A stretch of 63,429 nucleotides of DNA, filler included, from Ionaspis alba (taxonomy: Eukaryota): NCBI GenBank assembly GCA_964255285.1. It is 14 parts of 14 records of this genome, joined end to end, with 100 filler letters (N's around TTAATTAATTAA, not from the genome) between each part and the next. Parts side by side here need not be neighbours in the genome. Positions count along the whole stretch, not along the records: positions 1 to 4,502 come from CAXUUL010001097.1; positions 4,603 to 9,093 come from CAXUUL010001098.1; positions 9,194 to 13,683 come from CAXUUL010001099.1; 11 more parts are not named here. One strand, written 5' to 3'. The notes under the pieces are model-generated. The model was not told the origin of the DNA. It made no database searches and saw nothing but the letters and a program-made list of their open reading frames with translations. A program made the position numbers and the translations under genes. Positions 1 through 11,504 of this stretch are shown piece by piece. Numbering within the stretch: position 1 is the first letter of the stretch; each line of letters opens with the position of its first letter.

Positions 1-1904
1 CTCCTCAAAGCCCCGCGCTCCCACTCCCCCGCCAAAATCATCACCTGCACCCTCGGCTGAAACATGTGCTGAAACGGCAAATCCCCTACCACAAGCGCAA
101 ACACCACAACCCCATACGCCCACATATCCACCGCCGTGCTGAGCAGACCCGCTGGGGAGAGAATCAGTTCGGGGGAGGCGTACTGCAGCGATCCGGCGAT
201 AGATGTCGATGTTTCGGACGGACCGATCGCGTGACGCCGTCCTCCTCCTCCTCCCCCTTCTCCAAGAGAGGAGTTGCTGGAGGAGGGCGAATTCGACCGC
301 GTATTATCCGACGTGATAAACTCCGAAAGCCCAAAATCGCACAATAGCACATCCCCGCCCTGGGACGCAGTCTCCGGGTTCGCGAGATCGATGAGGCAGT
401 TCTCGAGCTTGAGATCGCGGTGCACAACTCGCACGTCCTCGTGCAAATACCGGATTGCTGAAGCCAGCTGCGCGGCATAGCGTCTTGCCAGCTCCGGCGC
501 CAGACCTGTGCGGTTTGCACGCACGAGATCGAAAAGCGTGCCGCCGGTATTGAGGCGGGTGAATGCGAAGGTGGCGAAGTCGGTGACGTAGACGGTCAGG
601 AGGGGGAGGATGTGTTTGTGGGAGAGGCAGCGCCAGAGGGCGACTTCGTGGTCGAATTCCGCCTGGAGGCGCTCGTTTTCGAGATCGGAGCGGTTGTGCA
701 GGTATTTGCGGACGATCTTGACGGCGTGTCGGATCCGGGTTGGCCCGGAGAGAGTGTAGGCTTCGCGGACGACGCTGAAACCGCCGAAACCGATTTCTTT
801 GCCCAGAACGTAGTCGCCGACTTCTTGGCCTTCGTCGTCGGGTTCAGGGGTGGGTTCTTCGCGGGACCATTTTGAGAGGAAGGCGGTTGCGGGAGAGAGC
901 GAGGAGGATGTGGAACGACGTGAGGATTGGCGTCGGGAGGACCGGAAGCTGTTGGCGCGGTCGAAGGTGTAGCTTTTGGCGCGCGAGGTCGAGCCTTGAC
1001 GTCGGGGGCGTGGCCAGGCGCTGGATTCTTCGAGGGAGGTCGGATGGTGCCAGGGGGAGTAGACGGTTATGGGGGAAATGAGGCAGTCCATTTGGCCGTC
1101 GGGTGGTGTGCGGACTTCTTCGAGGATGGGCGAGGCGGTGGTGACGGAGCCTAGGGAGGTGCTTTGCTCGAGGTCGGTGGGCGGGCTGCTGATTGCTAAG
1201 TCGTCGACTGTTGCCTGTAGCAGTGGGTAGCGAGACTGGTGCGGAGTGAATCTTCTTTCTCGGGCTGAGTGAAGACGTCTGGAAGATGGCGATCGGATTA
1301 GTTCACCGGTCTCCGTGTCGTAGTCTTGACGGTCAGCTTCGCTATGGGCACGTCCCAGGGGAGAACGAAGAGGCCGTTTTGCAAGCTCCTGGAGTAACGA
1401 CCTTCCTCTCAGCCTTGTCTTGATTTGTAGTTTGGGTAAAGGTTCCTCTAACGACGTTTTGATCCCATTTTCATGAATGACCTCGGGATTGAAGCTTATG
1501 GAGGTTCTGCGATTTTTGATGTAGGCCTCCAGAGGTGATGGTTCGTGGTATCTGGATTCATGCAACAGCTCGTTATCGTCGCGTCTCTCTTCCGACCCGT
1601 CTGCAGCGGAGGAGCTATGAATCGGCATATCGATAGGCGGTGTGGCTGCATATTCCTGCAACGCGGTCGTCGCAGGCTTCTGATGTCTAATAGTGTTTGT
1701 GGCTGCGATTGAATCCTCGTCACCGTATAATGCCCTATCCTGCAGGGCGCTCTCCCAATCATCGTTGCCTGATTGCCTGAGAATGGATTCATGTTTGCGA
1801 TTGTCGCGGTTGCCCCGCAGGGTATCCCGTGGTAGAGGAGATAGAGCAGTATCAGACGTGAGGGCTCTCAACTGTCGGAATCGGGCCTCAAGGTCATAGG
1901 CCAT
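1..1904 (-). CDS. Ser/Thr protein kinase (CAMK-group, Nnk1-like), 3' partial
   Basis: Manual translation gives an open frame from ATG 1904 running off the window (absent from the ORF track). Motifs: YVLGKEIGFGGFSVV (Gly loop), AVKIV, VVHRDLKLENCL, CDFGLS, GSLQYASPE, DMWAYG, after a long Ser/Pro-rich N-terminus. An upstream exon is possible. Confidence 0.92.
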   Translation of the reverse strand, partial: MAYDLEARFRQLRALTSDTALSPLPRDTLRGNRDNRKHESILRQSGNDDWESALQDRALYGDEDSIAATNTIRHQKPATTALQEYAATPPIDMPIHSSSAADGSEERRDDNELLHESRYHEPSPLEAYIKNRRTSISFNPEVIHENGIKTSLEEPLPKLQIKTRLRGRSLLQELAKRPLRSPLGRAHSEADRQDYDTETGELIRSPSSRRLHSARERRFTPHQSRYPLLQATVDDLAISSPPTDLEQSTSLGSVTTASPILEEVRTPPDGQMDCLISPITVYSPWHHPTSLEESSAWPRPRRQGSTSRAKSYTFDRANSFRSSRRQSSRRSTSSSLSPATAFLSKWSREEPTPEPDDEGQEVGDYVLGKEIGFGGFSVVREAYTLSGPTRIRHAVKIVRKYLHNRSDLENERLQAEFDHEVALWRCLSHKHILPLLTVYVTDFATFAFTRLNTGGTLFDLVRANRTGLAPELARRYAAQLASAIRYLHEDVRVVHRDLKLENCLIDLANPETASQGGDVLLCDFGLSEFITSDNTRSNSPSSSNSSLGEGGGGGGRRHAIGPSETSTSIAGSLQYASPELILSPAGLLSTAVDMWAYGVVVFALVVGDLPFQHMFQPRVQVMILAGEWERGALR

Positions 1905-2009
1905 TCCCCCACGCGGCCTACCATGAGGGTGCTGGGTTGTTGGTCCAATGAGCTATGACAATTGTGGTAGACAACGAAGTGATCTTTGCGCTCCTCTCAC
2001 ATTCGCTTG

Positions 2010-2109
2010 NNNNNNNNNNNNNNNNNNNNNNNNNNNNNNNNNNNNNNNNNNNNNNNNNNNNNNNNNNNNNNNNNNNNNNNNNNNNNNNNNNNNNNNNNNN
2101 NNNNNNNNN
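2010..2109. other. Within-scaffold gap (100 N, no stop-codon linker)
   Basis: Plain run of 100 N, unlike the other gaps. Confidence 0.97.
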
Positions 2110-3159
2110 CTGAGTGGTTTCCCTATTCCTTCCGATAAATCTATATATGGACCTCGCTTGGTCTATAGAGGGTTTGAAGTCTGTAGGACAAACGAGTCGC
2201 TAGGAATGGCCCAATCGCGTGGTCGTGGTAGATAAGGTAGGATAACTTCCGTATGGAACTGTTGAACTTGAAGGATGACGGTTCTCGAAGAATAAGTTCT
2301 GAGGAAGAGGCTGTACTCGTTTGCCCCACGCTTGGGGAATGCGGTTTGTCAAGCTTCAGCCTGCGCCGCGCGTTGCGTTGCTTTGTTCGACCTCTTGTTA
2401 GGTAATTCGCGATCGCAAAGGCAGTGCGACAGGCGGAGTGGAGCTTGATTCTTGCTTCTCCTCGGTGTCCAAGGGGGGTTTATATGCGCATCTCGAAGAA
2501 GAATATTGAAGACGGAGAGGACAGTGGATGATTCCAATGGTTCCAATGGAGAGATTCTTTGACTAATTCTACCGTCATCGGGCGTAGGTGTTGTACCACG
2601 GGCTTGGAGAAACCCTTCAGCCTTGTGGACTTAGGGTTGCACCCACCAATGACAGCGCCGAGACCGGACACTAGCGGATTGGGACATATCCTATCGATTT
2701 ATGTAATTGTAAACATGGCGGTTATACAAAGCGATGCTAATCTAGCTGTCAAAGCAGTGGACGTGCAGAGACAGGTACACCAGATCCCGTCATACTCGAA
2801 AATGTGGTAGAGTGGCGAATATCAAGATCTTTTTCAGCGTTACACAGACTACCGCCAAGCCATGACATGCCAAGACTGCAATCCTGACCTTCCTGCTCCT
2901 CCTCCCAAAAGCAAAGAGATGGAGAATGCATTTCTGACTCGTTGCTCGTCCAAGATCTGTTGATCGTCCTCCTCTCATTTGATGTGGCCTGCATACATGC
3001 ATTCTGTTGTGTTCCCTCACTATCTCGAAAGACCTACAAGCATGTTGAGTGGTCACATGTCCTATCCAGGGATTTGCTTTTATGATGGTGGGGCTATCAG
3101 TTGTGAGGGGCCTCTCCATCAGAGCTTTGTTTCGACGTCCATACAACTTCTTGTATACC

Positions 3160-4502
3160 ATGATTCCGGATAAAGATGGAACTGAAGTCCGGGATGGAAC
3201 CGGATCTGTCTCTGAAGGTCCAGAAGACAGACCTGCTACTCCCGTAGACGCGAGAACTTCGAAACTTCGCCTGTGGGACCGTGAAACGTGAGCACTTGTC
3301 TCTGCAGACATTTAATCCTGTCTTGTACTGAGCAGAAAAACCAGATATCCAGGATCCATTCTCTTTAACCTAGGTGCATTTGTGCTCCCAGCACTCTACA
3401 GTACTTTGAGCAAGCTATGGATTGCAAACATCGATTCCAGCCAAGTGGTCACCACGGACATATACACTTATATTGGCGTCATAGTGGAAGTCCTAAATGA
3501 CGGTCTTCCAAGAGCAGCATGGCTCATCATTGGCGACAGAACCACACGAACGATCTCCTCTCGCATCGGGATTTCCTACACCATGATATCAGTCCAGATA
3601 TCTCTTGGCCTCCTGATGACCGTGATATTCATCGCTGCATCGGAGAAACTGGCAGGAGCATTTGTTCCTATCCAAGTCAGACAGGACTCCCTGACCTATG
3701 TCCGGATTTCTTCCGTTTCCGCTCTTTCATCCGCAATGGAAGTCGTCGTCTCTTCCTGTACGCGGGCCCTAGACCACCCTGACGTACCACTTCTCATCAG
3801 CTCCATCAAATTCGTGATCAACATCATCCTCGACCTCCTCATAATTTCCAAATTCCATGTCGGATCTTTCATTCCATCCGTCAACATCCAAGCCCTTATC
3901 CGCCTGGCCTGCGACATGACATCCGCCCTCTCCGGTCTTGCCTATTTCGTCTACATTGCAAAAAAAGCCGTCCATCACTCCCCTCGTGTAGAGGCATCCA
4001 AACCCACATTCCGAGCCTTGAAACTTCTCCTTCGACCAAGCGCCTACACGTTCATCGAGTCAGCTATTCGTAACGCTCTCTACCTCTGGCTTGTCAGCCG
4101 CATCATCCTCATGGGCTCTGATTACGCCACTGCCTGGGGCGTCTTCAATACCATTCGTTGGGGTCTTGTCATGGTTCCTGTACAAGCCCTTGAAGCATCG
4201 ACTTTGGCTTTTGTGGGACATAACTGGGGGCAGTTTCGAGCTCGTGCTGGGGTTGATGTTCGCAGACCGAAGGCTTCGAAGCAAGATATCTTGCGTATGG
4301 CTCTAGCTCCTCGGTATAATTGATATGGAGAGCGCTGATGAATTACCCGCAGAAATCATCCGCCCAGCTCTCATCTCTTGCACCATTGCTCTCGTCGTTG
4401 AAGTCGTTATCTGCATCGCCCTCTCTACTCGCGGCATGGAACCTTTTGCCTACTACCTCTCCCAATCGGCTCCCGTGGCTGCAATAACGCAGCAGATGTG
4501 GA
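3160..4502 (+). CDS. MATE-like multi-pass membrane transporter, 3' partial
   Basis: ATG 3160; introns 3288-3344 and 4295-4352 join the frames (..WDRET/YPGSILFNLGAFVLPALYSTLSKLWIANID..). Many hydrophobic helices and WGVFNTIRWGLVMVPVQALE. Truncated at the contig end. Confidence 0.75.
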
Positions 4503-4602
4503 NNNNNNNNNNNNNNNNNNNNNNNNNNNNNNNNNNNNNNNNNNNNTTAATTAATTAANNNNNNNNNNNNNNNNNNNNNNNNNNNNNNNNNNNNNNNNNN
4601 NN
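4503..4602. other. Artificial contig linker
   Basis: 44N-TTAATTAATTAA-44N; stops in all six frames. Confidence 0.98.
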
Positions 4603-4983
4603 CGACATACTATGACGTACCTACAGATCTGTTCAAATATTTCGTTTCTCAACATCAAGAATGGCACAAGATACCCGGTTAGGATATGGAGAAGCTCCTG
4701 TTTGAGCCTCCTACGGTGGTCACTATATCACCAAAAATTGGGCATGGGATTCATGTTCAATGGTAAGCGTTGTGTTCGGCGTTCGGCCTGTTGCTAACTT
4801 GCTTGACCAGGTTTAATACTACTATTCGTTGTATCGACAGATAATATTTTCTACTAGTAATGCAGTAATCCCTATCATGGTAAAATTTTGAGTAGACAGA
4901 CATAAGCAAAGTGTGATTTTGAGCTCCGGAGCTATATACAACCTGTATTCCCATAATCCTGCTCTGACATATAATTTATCCTC

Positions 4984-6676
4984 TCAACGGGTCAAACTAT
5001 CAATCCGCCCCAACAAGAACTCGAGCTGTCTATAAGCTGCTGAGGGAGCATACTGAGGAACCACTGCAACAAAAGTCAGCCGCTGCATACACAATAGTAT
5101 CAAGCTAGCACTCACTATGACCACTGAGATCAACCGACACCCACGTCAAGCCCCTTTCTGTATGAGTCGTGCCCATAACGCCAGCACCGGCCAAAGTGCT
5201 CAAGCTAGGATCATCATGGTATGGAACAAAGAACTGCTCCGATGGCTTGGTCTGAAACCCTTGCTTGCCATGCCAAGTCATATTCTGAATCATCAATAAC
5301 GTTCCGTTGGCAAGCAAGATATAATCCAGCAAACCATGTGATATGACTGTTCTCTTGGTGCGCTCAATGACTTTTGGCAGGACAGATAATCCACTTGGAG
5401 GCGAATTGTCGGTGTCAAGAACACCATTGGAACACTCCTGCCAGTTGGTAGGCGGAGCGTTGATAGCAGCTTGCACATCGGAGCGATTAAAGTAGATGGA
5501 GCCGCCATCAGGAAGGTAGTCGAAGGAGCCAGGAAAGCCGAGGACGTCGTAGAGGAGGGGACAGGTCGTTGCTATTTGGTAGACGTCAAAGCATGGGTTT
5601 GTCCGTAAAGCGGCTCTGAAAATGTCTCGCCAGATTGAGCAACCCGCTTTCCTTGTGTCCGGAGGTGATGGGAGTGGACCTGATGGAGGATATACAAGAT
5701 GGTCATTGAGAAAAGAGGTATAGCCACAAGCGTCGGCGCGCTTATGGACGTCGGCATTGAAAGAGGCGTTTAATGTGAAGAGGTTGTGGTGATAGTCGGC
5801 AAATGGTACGGCAGGAACTAGGAATTATAATCAGCCTGAGTCTGTCACAGATAGTCTAGTACCTACTTTCTTGCTGTACAGCACCAGTGCTGGTCGATGG
5901 GTCATAGATCAAGATTGACTCGATATTGAAGTGCGTCTTATCATAGGCATTGAACATAGCATCTGCAATATACGGTACATAGTATCCGGCATAGCTCTCT
6001 CCAGAGATGAACACCTTTTTCCCCTGCAGGCTGAAGGTGTTGACAAAATTCTTGAAAAATCCTAAGAACTGTCTGGCAACCTCCTTCTCATCCGTTGCTG
6101 TTGGCTGCCCCTGCGAGAAGCCGGTGCCCACGGGTTGTTCCACCCATACCATGTTGGTCAGATTTGTCCACGACCATGGATTGGGTACAGGTTTTAGTGT
6201 TCCATACTGCCAAAGAAAAGGACCGTTCTCCTGCAGTAGTCCTTCAAGAGAGCTGCAACCTGGTCCGCCGTTCAGCCAGATTGTGATCTCGTCCGAGGCG
6301 ACAGGATTCTCTGACGGGAAGAACCAGAAATATAGTTCTTGGGTTTCGTTTCGAGCTTGGGAGATTGGCAGTAAGCCTGCATATGATTCGCCAATGTCGA
6401 AGTCGACTTCCGGAATGCCGGTCCCATTGACAGCGAACTCTGTTCGGAGTGTCAGAAGACTGCATCCAACGACATGTTCTTAAGCTCACTAGCAGTCCTG
6501 CCATTCAGATATTGCGAAGCTCGCTTTTCATGATGAACGAGATATCGAGGAAGATCAGCAGCCCATCTGTCAAAGCGTGGTTCGGTTTCTGGCAACTCAA
6601 GTCCGACATGCCTCGGACTTCTAGCAGTTGTAAAGCTGGAAGTTACAAGCAAGTAAAGCAATGCGAATAGACTCAT
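4984..6676 (-). CDS. Secreted serine carboxypeptidase (peptidase S10, CpdS/Sxa2-like)
   Basis: Signal peptide [32 protein letters not shown]; catalytic GESYAG; C-terminal SGH/MVPQYAP; three GT-AG introns; TGA at 4984-4986. Confidence 0.95.
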
Positions 6677-8685
6677 GATCAACAGCGATAATGGAGGCAC
6701 AGAGACTCAGCGGAGCAAGGTCTTAAAGAAAGTGGACTCGGATTCCCGAGGACCTTTCCATGGAGCTAATCATGGGCAGGTGCAGAAGAACGAGAGGGGA
6801 TCTGCATGCAAGGTGATGCACCTTGGATCAGGCATTCAGTATAAGGTAGATGGCAAGAAACAGACTTGCCCTTCAAGCTTAGACGAAACTTTGATCGGGT
6901 ATCACCAAGACAAGAAACAGCGACCAGTCGAAGGATTCTTGTTATCTCTTCGGCCCAAAGAGCTCCAGAATGGCAGGTTCTGCCCAGCATGGGTACTGTT
7001 GCTATGGTCAGAGATGTGAGGAATGCGGATAGTAATTGTCCGCTAGTTCACTATACACTCGTTCATCTCTCCAATATACTCAGCCGACATTGTACAACTC
7101 ATCTGAAAGCTGTCATAGCAGAATGGCAGTTCCTGCCTCGGTCATGACGCACAAGGTGCCAGGTATCTGCAGCAGACTTTCTTGTGATACGGCATGCTCC
7201 AGATAGACAGCATACATCGTGTACAGATAGCCGAAAGAAGCAGGTTTTTGCACCTTCCTCTTCGGAGATTCGCGCACCAAATCTCAAGATTCTTCTCATA
7301 GTTTTCCGGGATTGTCTACCACCGTGAAAAGGTAGGAAAGCCGAGAGTTCCGTAAGTGAGTGAAGCTGCCGAGGTGGAATTGATTTGGAAGAGAACAAGA
7401 GCAATCCGCTGTCCTTCGTAAGCATCGCGAATGGAATTATCCATCGGAGGTAGCTGCGTCCGTCTCGATGTTTTATTGCCACTGAGCAAGAAATGGTCTT
7501 TGCTGGGAAAATAGTTGGATAGATGCGGAAGGAATCTTGCATCAGAATGAAGGGACCCAAAGTTGAAATCCAACGAAGGCGATCAAGGCTCCTCTGCTGC
7601 TGTGCCACCTAATCTCTTGTAAGCTACCCCCAAAGTTGTTTCCATGGATATTTTGTCTCCACCGCATCATGAAGCATTGCGGCTTCGCATTGTACCTGTA
7701 TCCAATTGAAGTTATCAAAATTTCTCTACTGCAAACCCCCTCGTAGACCGTTGTTTACTTATCGTAAGCTATGATATCAAGTCTACAGTTTAAGAATCCA
7801 TTCTGGTCCTTTTTTAATCACACGTCGTCACAGATTTATAACAACCATGGACTTATCTAATGCGCTCTGACTTGATGTTAAATTGATTAGCCAAAAAAAA
7901 AAAAGAAACATGCGGCTTCTGTGGATCGAACACAGTGCCTCCAGATTTGCATGGCTGAAAGTTGACTTCACTGGGAAACATTTAGTTACTGTTCCCAGGC
8001 GGGTTCGGTGCGGGGAGACAAACGTCTGGCGCTCTCCCCTTTTGGACAAGTAAGCAGGTGGAAAAATCTCAATGACGGTTTTCATCACGTACAAGTGAGC
8101 TAAAGCCGCTGAAGGATGCTAGTAGCGGTCTAATATAGATTATGACACTTTTTAATCTGATTGCCATACCAGGCCACTCTGCGTTTGACTGTAGATTACG
8201 CTATTGGTTCGTGCCCCACGGGCATGCCTAGTGGATAGATAAGTGGCACAGGGGCAAGTAGCCAAGGATTAGCAACCGCTTTCCAAGCGTGTCACACGCG
8301 CATTCACATACTGAGGCGATATGCGAATGGGCACAAAAGAAAAAACAAGGGAAACCGTTGGAGGAGTTTTGATGGTAGCCTCCTTCCTAACGTCAGGCTA
8401 CGTATCAGACACAGATCCCTCGATCTCAAAAGACGCACTTGAGCTGCACGTTAATGATACCATCCTGGATTTTTTGATGCATCCTTCGGCTCCACAATAG
8501 GAAGTTCCATAACTCCGTTTGTGAGAACATGCAGCTACTCGTATGGGCCAGAGACGAAATTCTGTTTGACACACCCGCTCCAAGGGTGAGATCGGCAGAC
8601 ATGTCCGTTCTTCGTTACTACCGAATGGGGAAAGAGCAGAGGTCAAAGTTCCTTGCGTGACGCACTTCACCAATCGCGTGAAGAA

Positions 8686-8692
8686 TATAAAA
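8686..8692 (+). promoter_or_regulatory. Putative TATA box of the S53 peptidase gene
   Basis: TATAAAA 170 bp upstream of ATG 8856, followed by a CT-rich stretch. Confidence 0.45.
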
Positions 8693-8855
8693 GGTCAAAG
8701 ACCCACTTCCATTCGTGGGAAGCGTGTCTAATGAACGAAGGCGATCTGCTCATGTAATCTTGCTTCTCATTCCCGCTTTCCTTCCTATAAGTTCTAAGCC
8801 TCTGACAGGTACATTTTCTTTACAGGCTAACTGACGGCATTCCAGCCGTCTAACG

Positions 8856-9093
8856 ATGCGTTTCTTCACTTATCTCGTGGGACTGTTGTCTATCGTACTG
8901 CCAATTGCGAAGGCTACCCCAATTGCAGAGGCTCCCGCAGCTTCTTCCACGAAGCTTGCAGTTTTCGAGAAGCTCGCTTCAATTCCCAGAGAGTGGCATC
9001 GAGGAGATGCCGTACCAGCATCACACAAACTTCGTTTCCGAATTGCCCTGAAGCTGCAGAATGCTTTTGAATTTGAGCAGCATGTCATTGATA
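8856..9093 (+). CDS. Sedolisin/tripeptidyl-peptidase (S53) precursor, N-terminal part only
   Basis: Signal peptide plus activation prodomain-like FEKLASIPREW..LRFRIALKLQN..FEQHVID; truncated by the linker. Confidence 0.85.
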
Positions 9094-9193
9094 NNNNNNN
9101 NNNNNNNNNNNNNNNNNNNNNNNNNNNNNNNNNNNNNTTAATTAATTAANNNNNNNNNNNNNNNNNNNNNNNNNNNNNNNNNNNNNNNNNNNN
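9094..9193. other. Artificial contig linker
   Basis: 44N-TTAATTAATTAA-44N. Confidence 0.98.
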
Positions 9194-9501
9194 TCCCCAT
9201 CCCCACCAACTCCTCCACAGTCCCCCTCTCTCCTCCCGGCTTCTCCATCATCCCATGCCGGCGCATACTTTCATTTTGCCAATTGATCTGGCCACCGTCC
9301 GCTTCTCGGTGCCGTTGTGCATTGCGCTTGGCGGCTTTGATCGAGGTGCGAGCATAGACGAAGAGAAGAGTGGCCATTGTGAAGGCGGCGAGGGGAGCCG
9401 TCACGGTCTGGTAGAAGAGTGGGGAATTAGTTTCGAAGAGACATAGAGGGAGGAGGGGCGGATACCCTGGGGTTGATGTTGAAGTTTCTGGGCTTGGCCA
9501 T
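9194..9501 (-). CDS. Small single-TM hypothetical protein, 3' partial
   Basis: Exon 1 MAKPRNFNINPR, intron 9408-9465 (GTATCC..CTAAT..CAG), exon 2 TVTAPLAAFTMATLLFVYARTSIKAAKRNAQRHREADGGQINW. Confidence 0.75.
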
Positions 9502-9943
9502 GGCTTTTGCTATGCGAGCAGGTGATTATGCTGGAGTGGATGGACGTGGACTGCAGCTCTCATGTTTTGTAGCTTTTGCCATTTCAGTGATGACCTGAAG
9601 CAGAGGTTTGACTTGCTTGACCGAAGCGGAGACAGGGCGAGCTCGTTCGCCTCGGAAGTAGCGGGCCCTGCGGCGGCGTGCCGAAGACGTTAGGGATGTT
9701 TGGCGGGGACTTTAGCGAGCTTAGCTCTTCCCAAAGAGTTTCGATCTCGGCACTGCTCTGGGCTTGATATGAATAACAACTTTTGGCGGTGACTATTATT
9801 GATTGCTGCATCTTTCATATAAACGCGTTTTCACATCACCATTTACACCCTGACAACTGCCTCATGTTCAAATTTCTATTGGACAAGCTGAAGCATACAG
9901 GAACTCAAATCCCTGCGGCTCCAGGTATAACGTGTCAAGAAAG

Positions 9944-11128
9944 ATGCATATCGACTGTCCACAACCTCTCAAATCTTTGAAGAGGAAAATCTTGAATCTT
10001 GAAACTCCCAGCGATCAAGAACATGACTTGAAGCGTTCGCGACAGCTTCTCTTCCCCATTTCTTATCAGAGTCGTATCGAAGAATGGCTTGACTCTCCTA
10101 TCTATCGTCCTCAAAGCTGTCCTACATTTCCTATTCATAATCTACAGGCATATCAAACATTCCGCAGTCGCTTGGCTGACTGCTTCTCTACCTCAAAAGT
10201 CAAGTTTGAGTCATCGTGGCAGCTGACACAGTCAAGGCATACACCAAGCTCCCTTGTAACGGACTTGAAAGACAAGGACGGAACTCGTAACTCACGTTAC
10301 AGGAAGGATATCCTTAGGCCTCACGGAATCTTTATTCAGCCCTGGGAACACCCTCCGGATCAGGTCACCAAACTGGTCCATTTTATTTTACAGCTACCTC
10401 GAGCTTCGCCAAAACTCAGCAACGGTCAAATAGAGACTATGCAGAGAAAGATCTACGACAGCGCAGAGGACACTGGAAACGGTGCAAGAATACGATTGCA
10501 ATCCAGCTTATTTCCTCCGTCTCCGGGTTCTAAGGTTGTTGGGTTGAATGACCCTCTTCTCAACTGCAACCCATTTCCGCTTCTTGACCATGTCCCGCAG
10601 ATCAGCCAACCCAAGCCAGACCTCTCGTATGGCTATTGCGAGACCGCATTTACCAGCCATCAATGGTATGCCTTGACACATACCCAGCTAGCCCCATATG
10701 CCAATCCTCATCCCGATTATTTCTTCCCATTTTTCCATGTCATATTCACGAGCGCCAGAAATGGAAGAAGACATTGGGTTGCTCAGAATGAGAACGCGGG
10801 AAGTGCCGCTCATAGTGTCATCTCCATGGAGAAATTGTTTGAATATGCTCGGTACAAAATACGAGTTCCAACCGAACATGAAGTATCGGATTCTTTTGCA
10901 TTTTCTTGTTGTATCGATGAAGAATATGCGACTTTGTGGATACATTGGATCAATAAAACTCAACCTACAGCACAGTATCTAAGTCGAAGGGTCCGCTTTT
11001 ACGACTGGAACGATCCACAGGCCATACAACAGTTTGTTACTGAGGTCAAGAACATTGTTAGTTGGGGGCAAGATCACCGCCTCCGCCAGATTCGGGCCCG
11101 TGTGGAGGACTTCTTGAAATCGTATTGA
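9944..11128 (+). CDS. Fungal DUF7924-like protein (PD-(D/E)xK-fold-like family)
   Basis: Intronless ~394-aa ORF with PKPDLSYGY..F..Q..L..YA.P..FFPFF and ..G..WVAQNENAGSAA, then FAFSCCID..ATLWIHW, a pattern I recognise in this fungal family. Confidence 0.65.
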   Translation: MHIDCPQPLKSLKRKILNLETPSDQEHDLKRSRQLLFPISYQSRIEEWLDSPIYRPQSCPTFPIHNLQAYQTFRSRLADCFSTSKVKFESSWQLTQSRHTPSSLVTDLKDKDGTRNSRYRKDILRPHGIFIQPWEHPPDQVTKLVHFILQLPRASPKLSNGQIETMQRKIYDSAEDTGNGARIRLQSSLFPPSPGSKVVGLNDPLLNCNPFPLLDHVPQISQPKPDLSYGYCETAFTSHQWYALTHTQLAPYANPHPDYFFPFFHVIFTSARNGRRHWVAQNENAGSAAHSVISMEKLFEYARYKIRVPTEHEVSDSFAFSCCIDEEYATLWIHWINKTQPTAQYLSRRVRFYDWNDPQAIQQFVTEVKNIVSWGQDHRLRQIRARVEDFLKSY

Positions 11129-11504
11129 TCTCCATGGCCTTAAGGGACTTGGGTTTTGAAGGACATGGTAGCGTCCCTATGGTTGTACGTAGATATATCC
11201 ATGCCAGCTTCCGAGGATGTTGTCCTCTTCATACATAGTGATACCTCCCAACCTCTTCCCGTGTGATGAATGTGAATAATCGTTGGATGTATTTGTAGTA
11301 TAGCGAGGGCTTCTGCCGAAGCTAAACACCCATGACATCGTTCTACCCTTGTCGAGTTTTTCTTAGCGTCGATTGCCTCGGAAGTGCATTGTTGACTTTA
11401 GTGGATTAGTTCACTACGGAAAAAATGCTTTCACTACTTACTATCGAGTGCGTAATGTTAGGATCTATTCCATTTACACGACATTATAGAGCTTTTTAGG
11501 AGAT

